Shown: positions 51,133 through 64,000 of the stretch, one piece after another
How positions within the stretch are numbered: position 1 is the stretch's first letter
Layout: each line of letters opens with the position of its first letter
DNA from: Octopus sinensis
Taxonomy: Eukaryota
Reading direction: 5' to 3'
Length of the DNA: 64,000 bases
Assembly (NCBI RefSeq): GCF_006345805.1
Contig: NC_043001.1
Location: forward strand, 76,508,001-76,572,000
Translations under genes and position numbers: made by a program
The notes under the pieces: generated by a model
The model's input: the letters and a program-made list of their open reading frames with translations, nothing else
Told to the model about the DNA's origin: nothing
Database searches by the model: none

Positions 51133-51684
51133 TATGTATATAATCAACCATAAAAGATTCATGCTAAATACGTAATATTTAAATCAGATGCAGGGAAACG
51201 AAACCCTGTTACTATTTGTAATCCCTTCAAATGATCTGCTTGTAATAGATTTGGCCTTTAAAGGCTGGTCTGGGGAACCTCTCAGTTATATATATTAACT
51301 AAAAGAAGCTAAAATCAGATCATCGTCATTTAGAGGAATATATATCAACTGTGAATATGAGAATAAACTGTTCGGGAACAAATCCCTGGTGGCCCTTTTG
51401 GCAAGACCTCGCACCCGGTAACGACCCGAGCCAAGGTTACGTCAAAATCGAGGGATGCAGCATGGCGGATGCGAACTATTTTAGTTAATTGGCTTATTGA
51501 GTTAATGGTCAATATCACAAGATGCTAAGTGGATAGCAGTCAACAAATTGTCAACGGCCAGGGTCAACCAATTCATTTAGCAAACTACTGCAATCATCTA
51601 CGGCATTAATGTCAATCGCGTTCAACAAATAAATTATAATTTGTCTCTGTCTCCCTCTCATTTTTGATCTGTGTGTGTGCCAAT

Positions 51685-52030
51685 TCTTATTTCTTTATTG
51701 CCCACAAACAGGTACTTAATTTATCGATCCCAAAAGGATGAAAGGCAAAGTCGACCTCGGCGAAATTTGAACTCAGAACGTAGCGGCAGACAAAATACCT
51801 CTTTCTTTATTACCCACAAGGGGCTAAACATAGAGGGCACAAACAAGGACAGACAAAGGGATTAAGTCGATTACATCGACCCCAGTGCGTAACTGGTACT
51901 TATTTAATCGATCCCGAAAGGATGAAAAGCAAAGTCGACCTCGGCGGAATTTGAACACAGAACGTAACGGCAGACGAAATGTCGCTAAGCATTTCGCCCG
52001 GCGTGCTAACGTTGCTGCCAGCTCGCCGTG
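51685..52030 (-). mobile_element. SINE family A dimer
   Basis: Junction GACAAAATACCTCTTTCTTTA, as at ~22895 and ~30440. Confidence 0.9.
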
Positions 52031-52075
52031 TACCAGTTCTGTGTGCATACACACATACATACATACATACATACA

Positions 52076-52106
<31 letters not shown>

Positions 52107-53160
52107 TTACATACATACATACATACATACACACACACACATATACACTTATATAAATATATACACACATATATATATATGCACACACATACATATGCAT
52201 GCATCTATATACATAATCATCATGCTGATGATGGTTATTGACCGGGAAACAGGTGTTCGCGAATGTCCTCTTCATGACATGTTAACTTTGGAGAATCCTT
52301 CAATCTTGAGATTATCTCCCCGACTCACATGAAGCTGGTATTAATTGCCATTTGTTAATTATAATATCTTCTAGAGTGGGAGAATGGTGTATGGTACTTG
52401 ATATAATTGTATCTATCTATGTTAATCAATTGCTTATAAGTTTTTCTTAATTTCGAAATATGTTATCATTAAATGGTTTTGTATAATTTCAAAATACAAT
52501 GGAAAATAAAGGTTGTCACAGTTCTTTTCTACCGGTTTCATCTCTAATTAAATGTCTTTAGAATCATTAACTGTTTATCTTTTTAAAATACAATGTCATT
52601 AGATAATTTTGCATAATTCCAAACACAATGCAAAACAATAAGGGTAGTGTTGAGAATGTAAACACGTTAGTAACAATTAGTAACAAGTGACACAATATCA
52701 TTCCATGGGACAAATTTATCTCAAAGGGCGTAATATAATCATAACTTTTGAAAGAATGCATTTAATTTCCGTTGATATATTTTTCTAAAATATAGAAAAT
52801 ATAGAAAGAACACACCACCAGTGTTCTTTCATTATTGTTGTTGAGTCGCAACTCTTAAAAACAAGGAAAATAATCAAATCCAGCTGAACATGCTTTGCAC
52901 AATATCTTAAATGCTGATTCTGTCGAAAATTGTCTTGTTTATGGCTGCTTTATTTGCTATGGATGTTAGATGTTGTATCACTCTTCTATTGAGTGTCAGG
53001 CTAGTTTAACCAATATCATTTCTCAACTACCTTTATTAAAACATTAAATTTTGGGAGCAACATGGAAAACTATTTCTAATTTTAAAAAGACGCTCAATAA
53101 ATCGTTACATTTTTCATAGTTAAGTTGGTTATATTTACTTTCTTTTACATTAAGTTTTGT

Positions 53161-53545
53161 ATGGGCGCAGGTATGATTGTGTAGTTAAGAAGCTTCGTAT
53201 GTAACTACGGGGTTTCAAGTTCGGTCCCATTGCGTACATTGAGCAAGTGTCTTCTACTACTACCGTGGACCGACCAATGCGTTGTAAGTGAATTTGGGAG
53301 ACGGAAGCTGTGAGGAAATCAGTCGCATGTATATATGTGTGTATACATATTTGTGTCTTTGTGTCTATGTTTGTTTCCCTAACCCCATCTGACAATTGAT
53401 GTTGGTTGTTTATCTCCCCGTAACTTAGCAGTTCGGCAAACAAGAGTGTGATAGATTTAAAAATAAATACTGGAGCAGATTTGTCCGCTTTCAATATAGT
53501 GCTCCAGCATGACCGCATTTTAGTGACCGAAACAAGTACAAGATA
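53161..53545 (+). mobile_element. SINE family B, degenerate full length
   Basis: GGGCGCAGGTATGATTGTG through GTGCTCCAGCATGACCGCA. Confidence 0.85.
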
Positions 53546-54702
53546 ACGAACCAGTTTTGCGTCACAAACATTTAATTTTTTTCACTTTTAAATGAATAAA
53601 TATTTTTCTTTAGCTTTTTTTCTTCATCTTTTGATCTCCGAGTGATACAGGCAGGTATTGATCTCAGGCTGATGTAGGTAGGTTTTGACGATTGTTTACA
53701 AAGACTCCGACGTTCTTTGGGTGAAGAGTTGACTCATGCGATATAACATTTTTCGTCTTTGTTTTATGCTTTTCAAAAGTTTCTGAATATCAATTTTTTC
53801 GTTCTTTGAATCCTGTTATTGATTATATTCAAAGAACATTTTCTTTTTTTTCCAGCAGTCTATAATCTTTAATTGAAGTTTTCGAGAATGTTTTCTTTTA
53901 TAACTTTTACTAGTTTCGCTCATTGGACTGCGGCCAGGCTGGGGCACCACCTTCTCATTCGCAGCTTCCCAGCTAGATCAGTACGTCATTTCCTGCAGAA
54001 GACCTGGAACTCAGACAACTGAAGAAAACCACCAAAGAGATAGGCACGGTGGATGAAACTAGCTCAAAGTGGCTATGAGTGATAAAGCGACTGCAAGAGG
54101 GACCCTTTCGAAGATGAAGACTAGTTCAGTCCTCGCTATCCCGCTCAGGTGAGACGAAATATACACGTCATTGATTGGCTGAAATTACCGAATACGACAA
54201 CTTTAACAACAAATAACTTCCAAAATACAGAATTTTCTCAACAACGCCAAGAGTAAAAGATATTTTATGTGACACATTCTACAAGTATACGAAGTTTGAA
54301 AGTGTTTAGTAACAAAAAATTATTTTTTTTAATCTGTCGGTCAAAAGGTAAAGATCTTCATTATCATTTAGCGTCCTCTTTTCCATGTTTGTATGGGTCA
54401 GACGAAATTCATTGTGGCAGATTGTCGACAACCGGATGCCCTTTCTATCACAAACCTTCACCTATTTCCAGGCAAGGTAATCCATGACAGGACTAGTTTC
54501 TCACTGAAGATTGGAGCCAGAATGTGATGCTTGTTTGCAACCATAACATGATGTCGAGACAAGAGGACACACACGTACGACTAACTTCTTCCAGTTTCTG
54601 TCAAACAAATCAATTCACAAAGCTTTAGTCGGCCCGGTGCTACAGTAGAAGTGAGACTGAACACGAGATCACATTGTTAGGCAGAGAGCTTCTTAACCAT
54701 AT

Positions 54703-55655
54703 AGCTCCTGGATGTATTTGACACCGTTCAAGTTACCGTCAATTTTAACCATCATTCTTGAACCATCACATTTTACGTATCCCCAAAGCATCAGACTCTC
54801 ACCCTCAAATTCCACTGTTTTCGTCGTGTAACGTGGATCGTTTCACTTTCTAATAAGTGAGAATTTGTCAGAAAGCCTCCAGGAAAGCGAAACAACCCAT
54901 GTTACACGACGATAACAGTGAAGTTTGGGGCTAAGAGTCTGATGCTTTGGGAATGCGTAAAAAGTGATGGTTCAAGAAAGCTGGTTAAATTTGTCGGTAA
55001 CTTGAAGAGTGCCATATACATCCAGTTGCTGAAGGGCAATTTGATACCAGACTTGGATGAAGGTGAGATTTTTCAGCATGACGGAGCTCCATGTCACAGA
55101 TTGTGTGCAATACAACAGAGTCTTGTTGAAGGTGTTGTCGTATTGAAAGATTGACCAGCTCAGAGCCCTGACTTAAATATCATCGAGAGCAAATGTGTAC
55201 ACTAAAGAGAAGAATTCGTCAGAAGAATCTCACGCAATCTTAAAGAGTTGTGGGAACTCAACCACAGAGAATGGCATCTCATACCTGTGAAGACAGTGAA
55301 AGATTTGTACTTATCTCTTCCCAGGCGCACTGAAGTAATTATTCAAGCTAAGGGAAGTCACACAAAATATTAACAATGTACAGTAACTTCTTGAAATGAA
55401 TATTATGTAAAATAGCCCTTTTTCTGTTTTAAAATACTGTATCTTGATTGGTTTATGTGAGGTGGCTGAAAACCTTTGCACGGCCATTTTTGGTGGTCGT
55501 CTCGCATCTTCCTCTCTCATTCAGAACCCCTACTACAAAATATAATCATTAGGTATGGAAATGGCTCTGTAAAAAACGCAATACGCAACATCCAGTTGGT
55601 AATTAATAGAAATTTCCAATAGTTTAAAGTGGCCGAAGACTTTTGCATTGTACTG
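54703..55655 (+). mobile_element. Tc1 3' half with right IR/DR; its left part is an inverted duplicate
   Basis: KFG..SLMLW, FQHDGAPCH, PAQSPDLNIIE, AKGSHTKY*; end GACTTTTGCATTGTACTG|TA; 54703-54851 is inverted relative to 54882-55030. Confidence 0.88.
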
Positions 55656-56094
55656 TATATATCTGTGTGGGTATGTGTGAATATACACATACTATGTAAA
55701 AGGCCCTTAAAAGGCCTCTTTATTATTAATATATACCGGCCAACATCTGAGGTTGATTGAGCATTATAATGTACATCTCGATCCCCTCGCCCCTATTCTA
55801 CCCATATTTACAACATGCCTCTCCTCAATGATTTGATTATCGCTCATCAGATCCCATGTACCATGTCGACGGTCACGATTCAGGGATCCCAGGATAAAAT
55901 GTTCTACTGCTCTGCCCTTTATACAGTCACCTACGAGGATTATTCCATTAAGCTGAAGTACGTATCTCCGGATAATTGAACACGATTTACTATTATATTC
56001 TGCCTCTTTTATTACGATATTCTCTCAGTTTTGACAAGGGCATATTTTCCTTGTACACGCACGCACTCACGCACGCACACTAGCACACACACAC

Positions 56095-56133
<39 letters not shown>

Positions 56134-56280
56134 CACACACACACACACACACACATACACACACACACACACACACGCACTCACACACAAACGCACACAT
56201 ACACACACACACACACTCACACACAAACACAAACTAGCAAAGATAGTGTTAAATATGTGCGCGTGCTTCTCTTTCCATTC

Positions 56281-56342
<62 letters not shown>

Positions 56343-56562
56343 ATGTATGTATATATATGTACAGTTATATAAACGTGTGCATACACACACGCATATATAT
56401 ATATATATATATATGTCCGTGTGTGTGTGTGTATCTGTCTAAAAAGCCATCTACCTCTTTTGGTTTCTGTGTGTCTGTGTATATATATATATATATATAT
56501 GCACGCAAGCACAAAGACACGCGTGCACATACACATGCTGAGAAACACACACACACACACGC

Positions 56563-56595
<33 letters not shown>

Positions 56596-57029
56596 TTCAC
56601 ATACACTTACGCTTACATGCAAACATACGTCGTACGTCAATGAAGAACCGAACCGAAGATTGAAAGATATGACATGCGGCGTAAGAAATCTTCTATTGTT
56701 GCCGCATGAATTGCTGTGAAATTATTGGAATTGGAGCCAGGATGGCAATATAGAATCTATTGGCAATTAAATGGGAACATTACACGGATTCGTCGAGTTA
56801 ACTGCTTCCATCTCCTCCTTCCCCACACTCATAAACATGATAGCTGCTCAGATTGCCTTCTTCAATTACATTCTCATTTATTATGTATGGATGCAGGCAT
56901 ATACACAGTTTATATATATATATATATATATACATATACATGTGAGTGTGTATGAGTGCAACTGTGGGAGTGTGTTATTGTATATATGTGCATAAAATGT
57001 ATGTATTTATACATGCATTACATATATGC

Positions 57030-57061
<32 letters not shown>

Positions 57062-57116
57062 TATATATATATTATATATATATATATATATATAAATATA
57101 TATATATATATTATAT

Positions 57117-57176
<60 letters not shown>

Positions 57177-57549
57177 TATATGTGCGTACGTATGTGTGTA
57201 TGCATGTATATGTGTGCCTGTGTGTTTATATTTTGTGTATGTGATGCGTGTGTATTCGTTTTCATTTTTGTCTTTGGATTCGTGTGTAAGATTGTATATG
57301 TGCTGTAGAGACACACAAATACATTCATTCATACATACAAGTATGTGTAAATCTGTCATATTTATTATATGTGAATATATGTCAGTTTATGAGAGCTTGC
57401 ATATATATTTTGTTTGTGTGTGTGTGTATGCATATTACGAACACATGATATATATACGCATGCACATCATGTATGTATGTGTATTATCTTTTATGTTTAT
57501 AAATGTGACTATATCACTCTCACCATGAGATTATGTATGTGTATGTATG

Positions 57550-57580
<31 letters not shown>

Positions 57581-57917
57581 TGTGCGCGCGCGTGTGTGTA
57601 TTTTCTTTCTCTCTTCATGTCTCTAAACCAGTTGCACGCTCTCCTACTGCTATTTATTTTCAGTTTGCCTGGAGGACTTTACTTTCTTCATGGCTGCCAG
57701 GGGAGCCGTTGTGACATCTGACGTGACTCGGACGTTTTTAGACTAAGCGGAACCTATCCCTCTTCAGATCGGACCACAGTCGATTTCTTAGAAAAAAGAA
57801 AGATAAATAAACGGAGAGGGTGGGTGGGGGGGAGACAAAGGAAGGGAGAGAAAGAGAATGAGAGAGAGGGGGAGAGAGACGGGGAGATAGAGAGATAGAT
57901 AGATTGATAGATAGATT

Positions 57918-57990
<73 letters not shown>

Positions 57991-58188
57991 ACAGACAGGC
58001 ACATAGTCAGACAGGGAGTGAGAGCGAGTAACGAAGAGATGAAACGACGACAAAACGGGATTGGTATTTTATGTATTGACTCCGAAATGATGAAAAGCAG
58101 ATTTGACCACTCGTGATTTGAACTCTGAACGTTGAGAGCCGGAACATGTACGTACGAGTATGTGTGTGTATGTGTGTGTGTGTGTGTA

Positions 58189-58223
<35 letters not shown>

Positions 58224-58559
58224 ATATGAATATGCACATATGCATTTTATGTATATATGAATACACAATACACGTGCATATATATATATATATATATATA
58301 TACATACAAATACACACACATACACACACACATATATATACATACAAATACATATATATATATATATATATATACATATATCTATATATATATAGATATA
58401 TGTATAGAACACACTCACACACATATATATCTATGTATACGTATATTGTGAGGGTCTTTTGGTCGATAACTGACGAGGAATTAGTAACGTCTTGTTTTCT
58501 GTGTGTATTTTTCGTTTGTTCTTTTATTGTGTTTTCGTTTAAATTCTGTTACATATAAT

Positions 58560-58760
58560 TATACGTAATCCAAACATGAAAACACAAAGAGAAATACAAC
58601 AACGCGAGGACGTGGAACAAGTATAGTATTATTGGACGCTCAGGAAAGAAGGAAAGAAGGAGGGTTTAACGTTTCGAGCGGGGCTCTTTCGTCAGAAAAC
58701 ATAGGAAAAGGGAAGATTCAAAAGAAGGGAAGACGGAGGAGGAAAACAAATCGCCAAGCA
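58560..58760 (-). mobile_element. Short HHR-bearing element between TA tracts
   Basis: HHR, then TTCCTGAGCG, then a pyrimidine-rich tail; same layout as 47696-47870. Confidence 0.6.
58663..58700 (-). ncRNA. Minimal type I hammerhead with palindromic stem III
   Basis: GTTTT-CTGACGA-AA-GAGC-CCC-GCTC-GAAACGTT-AAAC. Confidence 0.68.
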
Positions 58761-58771
58761 CACACGCGGTC

Positions 58772-58860
<89 letters not shown>

Positions 58861-59053
58861 TATATATATAATATATATATATATCTATATATATGTATAT
58901 ATATGTATATATATATATATTATTATTATATGTAGAAAAATGCAAACTGGGACAAGAACGCAAAACACTCAGAAGACGATACAAAAAACACGGACGGGAC
59001 ATTCGAAGCCTCAATCTTCAGTCAAGAACCGGATCATCGTAGCCAATTTCGAT

Positions 59054-59100
<47 letters not shown>

Positions 59101-59202
59101 ATATGATATGTATGCAAAAGATCTAATTACGAAAGTGGAAAAATTAACGGAAAAGCCATTTCTTCATTTTTCCAATACACACACACACACGCACACACAC
59201 CT

Positions 59203-60018
59203 GTGTGTATTGGTTTTTTTCTCTTGAATAGCCGTGTTGAGTCATTCCATGTGTTGAACATAGAGTTCCGCGTTAACCGTTTGGTTCCGTTCAGGAAATT
59301 CGTAATGGATAATCCCTTTCCAGTCCCACCATACGCACAACATCGGTGTCGCTTGTTTACCGGGGCTAAGCCATTCCTTACGCTGCTTCATATTAATGTA
59401 CAGGCACCACTTTTCGTCGCCAGTAACGATTCGGTAAAGAAATCGTTGCTTGTGTCCATGAGCTGAGCGGTGACGAGCAAGCAAAGCAGAGGAGATTGTG
59501 GCTCGTTGATTTTTGTCGTTGTCACTTAAAGCATGCGGAAGCCATGGTCCATACTTCTGAACCTTTCCCATCGAGTGAAGATGCTTTCCTATAGAAGTGT
59601 GGGAGCATTCCATTTTCTCTGCCAGTTCCCTTGTCGTTTGACGAGAATTTTCGTGCAAAAGTTGGTTTAATCGCTCTTCATCGAACTCAACTAGACGGTC
59701 AGAACAAGGTGTGTCTTTGAGGTCAACATTTCCGTTTTTGAATTTGGCATACTAATCACGAGCAGTTCTTTCAGCTATGGGACCCTCTCCCATACATAGC
59801 ACAAATGTCGCGAGCAGCTTTTGCGGCCTTAGAACCTCGATTAAAAGCAAAAAGAGGGAGGTGTCGAAAATGCTCGTTTTTCTTAACTTGACATTCCATT
59901 TTAATGATCTGAAAATAAACAAAAATTAACTAAAATTAACTAGAAAAAAAAAAGATTCAAAAATTTAAAAACGCAATAAATTCCAAAATTTAAAAAACGG
60001 CGGAAACTTAATATATAT
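59203..60018 (-). mobile_element. Mariner 5' two-thirds, decayed
   Basis: MECQVKKNEHFRH (ATG at 59899), WLPHAL, IVTGDEKW, MLCVWWD; truncated at (CA)n. Confidence 0.9.
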
Positions 60019-60020
60019 AT

Positions 60021-60075
<55 letters not shown>

Positions 60076-60581
60076 CGTTTTGCAAGATTCTTGATGTAAT
60101 TCGTGTGTTTTAAACAGACATTGTTGCATTTGGGGATGGTCATGCTGCCAGTTTTGCTTCAGCTTTGTTTTATATTAATTGTATTTCTGACAGAGTTCTT
60201 TCATCACACTTCTGTGACCTTATCAGTGGCCCTTTGCTTTCTTCTGTCTTCTTTGTCTCTCCTTACTAACGATCTGCCATTTTGTATTCCTGTTGTATGT
60301 GTCTTTATTTGTGCATGCGTATATCTCTGTATGTGTCTATGTTTAATAAATGTGTATGTATGAATGTGTATGGTACCTACATTAACAATATCCCCTCTTT
60401 ATCTACGTTCGTTTAATTTACTTTTATTTATTTTATTCCTTTGTTTTTATCAACTTACTTTTTCATTTCTTTCTTTTTTTGTATTAATTTAATTCATTTT
60501 ATTTTGTTTAGGTATATAATTATTTAATTCCACGATATATTAGACAAACGTTTCTAGGTCCAAAACGTTACTTTCAGAAAA

Positions 60582-60681
60582 NNNNNNNNNNNNNNNNNNN
60601 NNNNNNNNNNNNNNNNNNNNNNNNNNNNNNNNNNNNNNNNNNNNNNNNNNNNNNNNNNNNNNNNNNNNNNNNNNNNNNNNN
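60582..60681. other. Assembly gap (100 N)
   Basis: Direct reading. Confidence 1.
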
Positions 60682-61030
60682 TCAAGTCATAGACTGTGAT
60701 CATTCTGGCATACCGGAAGATTTTAGGCGAAAGAATCGACCCCAGTACTCTTTTTTTTAAAGTCTGATATCCGATCGCTTTTACGGGGACGTAAACTCAC
60801 TAACACCGTTTGTTAAGCGGTAGTAGGGAAAAACAAAGACACAAGGATACACAAACACGCATACATACACACTCACTCACATATATGTACGACAGGCTCT
60901 TTCAGTTCCGTCCACCAAATCCAATCTTTGGTCGAAGACACTCACCCAAGGTGGTACGCAGTGAGGCTGAACCCAGGACTATATAGTTGGGAAGTAAGCT
61001 TCTTACCACACTGCCACATCTGCACCTGTA
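60682..61030 (-). mobile_element. SINE family B, degenerate
   Basis: TTACGGGGACGTAAAC..AAGACACTCACCCAAGGTGG..CTTACCACACTGCC. Confidence 0.8.
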
Positions 61031-62687
61031 TATACCGCTTTTTTTTTTACCACTGATATAACCTTGGAGCCTTCGCGCTGACTCCTACGCAAAGCCGCAT
61101 TGTAAAAGAAACATATTTTTAACCCGCACAGAAGGTCATACATTTAGTAGTGCTAAATTAAGTATTTTGCAAAATGAAAGAAAGAAAAAAAAAACCAAAA
61201 CCAAAAACAAAATAATTTTCTTAAAATCCAGTCAGCTACATGATATTTAATGGAAGAATATAGAATTCCATTTGCCAAAGAATTATTAGAAAAACTACAA
61301 AGAGAGAAAATCCATTGTGACATATTGACGCCTCTTCAATTTCCTTTTTTTAATACACAGATATTGTAGACAGATTTTGCTAATAATGTAGGTTATGTCA
61401 AAAACTACAGACGAGAAAAGCTGGAAAACTAAACAAGATTATTAAAGAAAAAAATATTTATTAAAGCTGAACTCTAAAAATCTCTTACTAATCTAGAATG
61501 TATAGAATGCTTGTTAAGGAAAAGAAAGAAGCCTGGTTGAACAATTAGTGTAAACAGCATTTTTATAGCTTTGTATTAATAACATTTTCCACCAAAATAT
61601 TAACTTACGTTATAAGGTGAAGGTAATAAAACTGATCATGTCTGGCTAACTGTATATATGTGTGCATTCATATATATTTTACATGATGTACTTTTTTTTT
61701 ACTGTTTTAATAGTTTTAATCATAGGATACGATATTCAGCAGTTTAGGTTTTCGTATTGGCTCTGGTACTTATTTCATCGATCTTTCTTTATCGGAGATG
61801 GGGCGCTAATTTAACGTTTTTTTTATTTAGAGTAGGCGTCAGCAAACTTCTTCTATCATTGACCCCCTTCATGAAATCATTGATAGCTTATCGACCCCCA
61901 TCATGGGAAATTCTAAAAATGAATGAAAAACTGTTAATTAAAAATAAAAATTAAAAAATTCTCGATTTAAATGCAATTATTCATTCGCCCCCCCCCCCCC
62001 CCAATTCCACATATATATATATATATTTTTTTGTCATTACTGCTTTTTAAGAAATAATTTCAAGAAATTTAATGAAAATACTTAACGAAATTCATAAAGA
62101 ACAATAAAAATACTCAGTGATATTAATACATTGATATAGTCTGAATATTTAATGTGAAATACGGGTTTGGTGAATACTAGCTATTTGTATTGATATTTGG
62201 TTAGAAATGAATGAGTTTTAGCTTTAAATTACCGTACACTTAAGGATTCAGTCCGCTATTAATTCAATACCCTGAAATGCTAAAATATCATTTTAGGTGT
62301 TTACCGGCCCCTTAAATAGCCAGATAGACGCCCAAAGATTAATATTGACAACTTTGCCAAAACCTGTTTTACAGAAGCATGAAACAGATTTACACCGGTA
62401 ACCGCACCCCCCCCCCCCACACACATTTTGTCATACAATGCACTGCACATTCACTAATCAGACAATCTAGGCCAGAGCTTTTGAAAATTTCAAATTGATG
62501 ACACATTTTAAAAATGCTATTTTTCATGACATAAAAAGTTTCGTTGGCAACTATCATATCATGTTTATTTATGAACGGAGTTGTCACATTACAAACGTTA
62601 CATGAGTCAGCTGATACTGAGGTTGGTGTCAAACGAGTGTATCATGCTCTGAAGTAGTGGCTGAGGTCACTAGCTCCCACATACATA

Positions 62688-63207
62688 CCGTAAATCCTCG
62701 AGTATAGTCCACCCTTGAGTATAATACGTATGGGATTTTTAGGGGGCTGTACCTCTGAAAAACCTAAACCTTGTGTATAATACGCACCCCTTCTCTAACT
62801 TCAGTCAAGGAGGTCTATATAACGTCCTTGGTTTGTAAAAATGTATACGCTAACGTCTTTTATTATTATTGTATACATAACATAATGCAAACGTGTAGCT
62901 TTTTTGTGCATTTTGTTTGCAGAAAATAAAGAAATAACAGTAATAACAGTAATAACGTTTAATAAATGTTGCTTACTGCAAGTTATGGATGATTCTTTTA
63001 TGACTTCATTGCTTTCAGGCTTAGCTTAAGGTATTTTCACACCCGACATCACAAAATTCGTCAGAATAAACATTGCCGGACAGCAAATAGAGACTCGGAC
63101 ATTGCTTAGAAAATAATTTTAATTTTTAACCTCGTATATAATACTCACTAGGGATTTTGACCTTTAAATTTTGGGAAAAAATGCGGATTATACTCGAGGA
63201 TTTACGG
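62688..63207. mobile_element. pogo-type MITE, 520 bp
   Basis: Perfect TIR CCGTAAATCCTCGAGTATA; TA TSD at 62686-87 and 63208-09; subterminal GTATAATAC repeats; non-coding. Confidence 0.92.
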
Positions 63208-63312
63208 TATGCACATACATACGCAATACATACACACACACACACATATACATACATACATACATACATACTACATACATACATACATACATACATACAT
63301 ACATACACAACT

Positions 63313-63466
63313 ACATGCATGAGAATAGATATATAAAACAAAACACAAATCTGCACATATACATCTATACATACGATATATATGTAGTTGAAATTCCAAT
63401 GAAGGAGCCTTGGATCTAGATTAGAAACCGGCTTCTTCTCTATTGGCAAAATAAAACTGAATAATG
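63313..63466 (+). mobile_element. R4/Dong 3' UTR-only copy (ACAT lineage)
   Basis: Matches the reverse complement of 19467-19625; (ACAT)n upstream and ACATACAT downstream. Confidence 0.82.
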
Positions 63467-63570
63467 ACATACATATGCACACACATATTTAAGAAAAAAT
63501 GAATACGAATGGTTTTTCTGGTATTTTTTCTGATATTTTTTCCACTTTAATAATTAAAATAATAAATATA

Positions 63571-63817
63571 TGCGCCCTTTTAAAGCCTAGCCAGGCTCAT
63601 GGGCCCGGTTTCTCAGTTTCAATGGCATATGTGTTCCCCAGCTGGACAGGACGCAAGTCCATCGCAGCGTTACTCATTTTTGCCAGCTGAGTGGACTGGA
63701 GCAACGGGAAATGAAGTGTTTTGCTCAAGAACACAACGCGTCACCCAGTCCAGGAAGCGAAACCACAATCTTACGATCATGATGCAGACACCCTAACCAC
63801 TAAACTATGCGCCTCCA
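63571..63817 (-). mobile_element. SINE family C, tail type 2
   Basis: TGCGCCCTTTTAAAGCCTAG..CAGCTGAGTGGACTGGAGCAAC..CCCTAACCACTAA. Confidence 0.88.
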
Positions 63818-64000
63818 CACTAATAATTTGTTGTTTAAAAATCATTTGATAACTAATGATTTGTAGACATCTAATCATTAAAGTGGAAAAAAATGATCAA
63901 ATTAGCCATTCCTATTAATTTTTTTTTCGAATATATATGGTGCTCCGTAAGTTGAAAAAATGTTTGTAATCTTTTCGGCCTTTTAAAGCCCCATTTTTTC

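Noticed and set aside
56640-56770. Possible minus-strand exon ILYCHPGSNSNNF..
   Set aside because: Short, with a weak donor and no recognisable family.
59242-59658. SETMAR-like host gene
   Set aside because: It is only a decayed mariner transposase, with no SET domain or exon structure.
60535-60581. GAAACGTT with CTGAAAG upstream on the minus strand
   Set aside because: The core is incomplete, there is no stem II, and it is adjacent to the assembly gap.

Overview
This is eukaryotic, AT-rich, microsatellite-saturated DNA, most consistent with an octopus (coleoid cephalopod) intron or intergenic region. The taxon is inferred from the SINE types and repeat load. No host gene can be called with confidence, and nearly all ORFs in the track are translations of (TA)n, (CA)n and (TATG)n tracts. 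The window is a dense transposon mosaic: about four tRNA-headed SINE families; CR1 and R4/Dong-type (RLE) LINE fragments; Penelope-like (PLE) remnants with hammerhead ribozyme (HHR) motifs; four mariner, two Tc1 and two pogo-type elements; two hAT MITEs; a long-TIR foldback MITE; a Helitron derivative; and a solo LTR. Best leads: (1) an R4/Dong lineage whose 3' ends join (ACAT)n in the same phase in three of its four copies, alongside a sister lineage bounded by (TAA)n; (2) several minimal type I hammerheads, including a near-intact one in a PLE-structured non-coding element and one in the tail of a tRNA-headed SINE; (3) a CR1 LINE and SINE sharing a 3' stem-loop with compensatory changes; (4) a near-intact DD34D mariner. 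All alignments and folds were done by eye. Ends of degenerate elements are approximate (about 10 bp), family names come from recalled motifs, and novelty has not been checked against any database.
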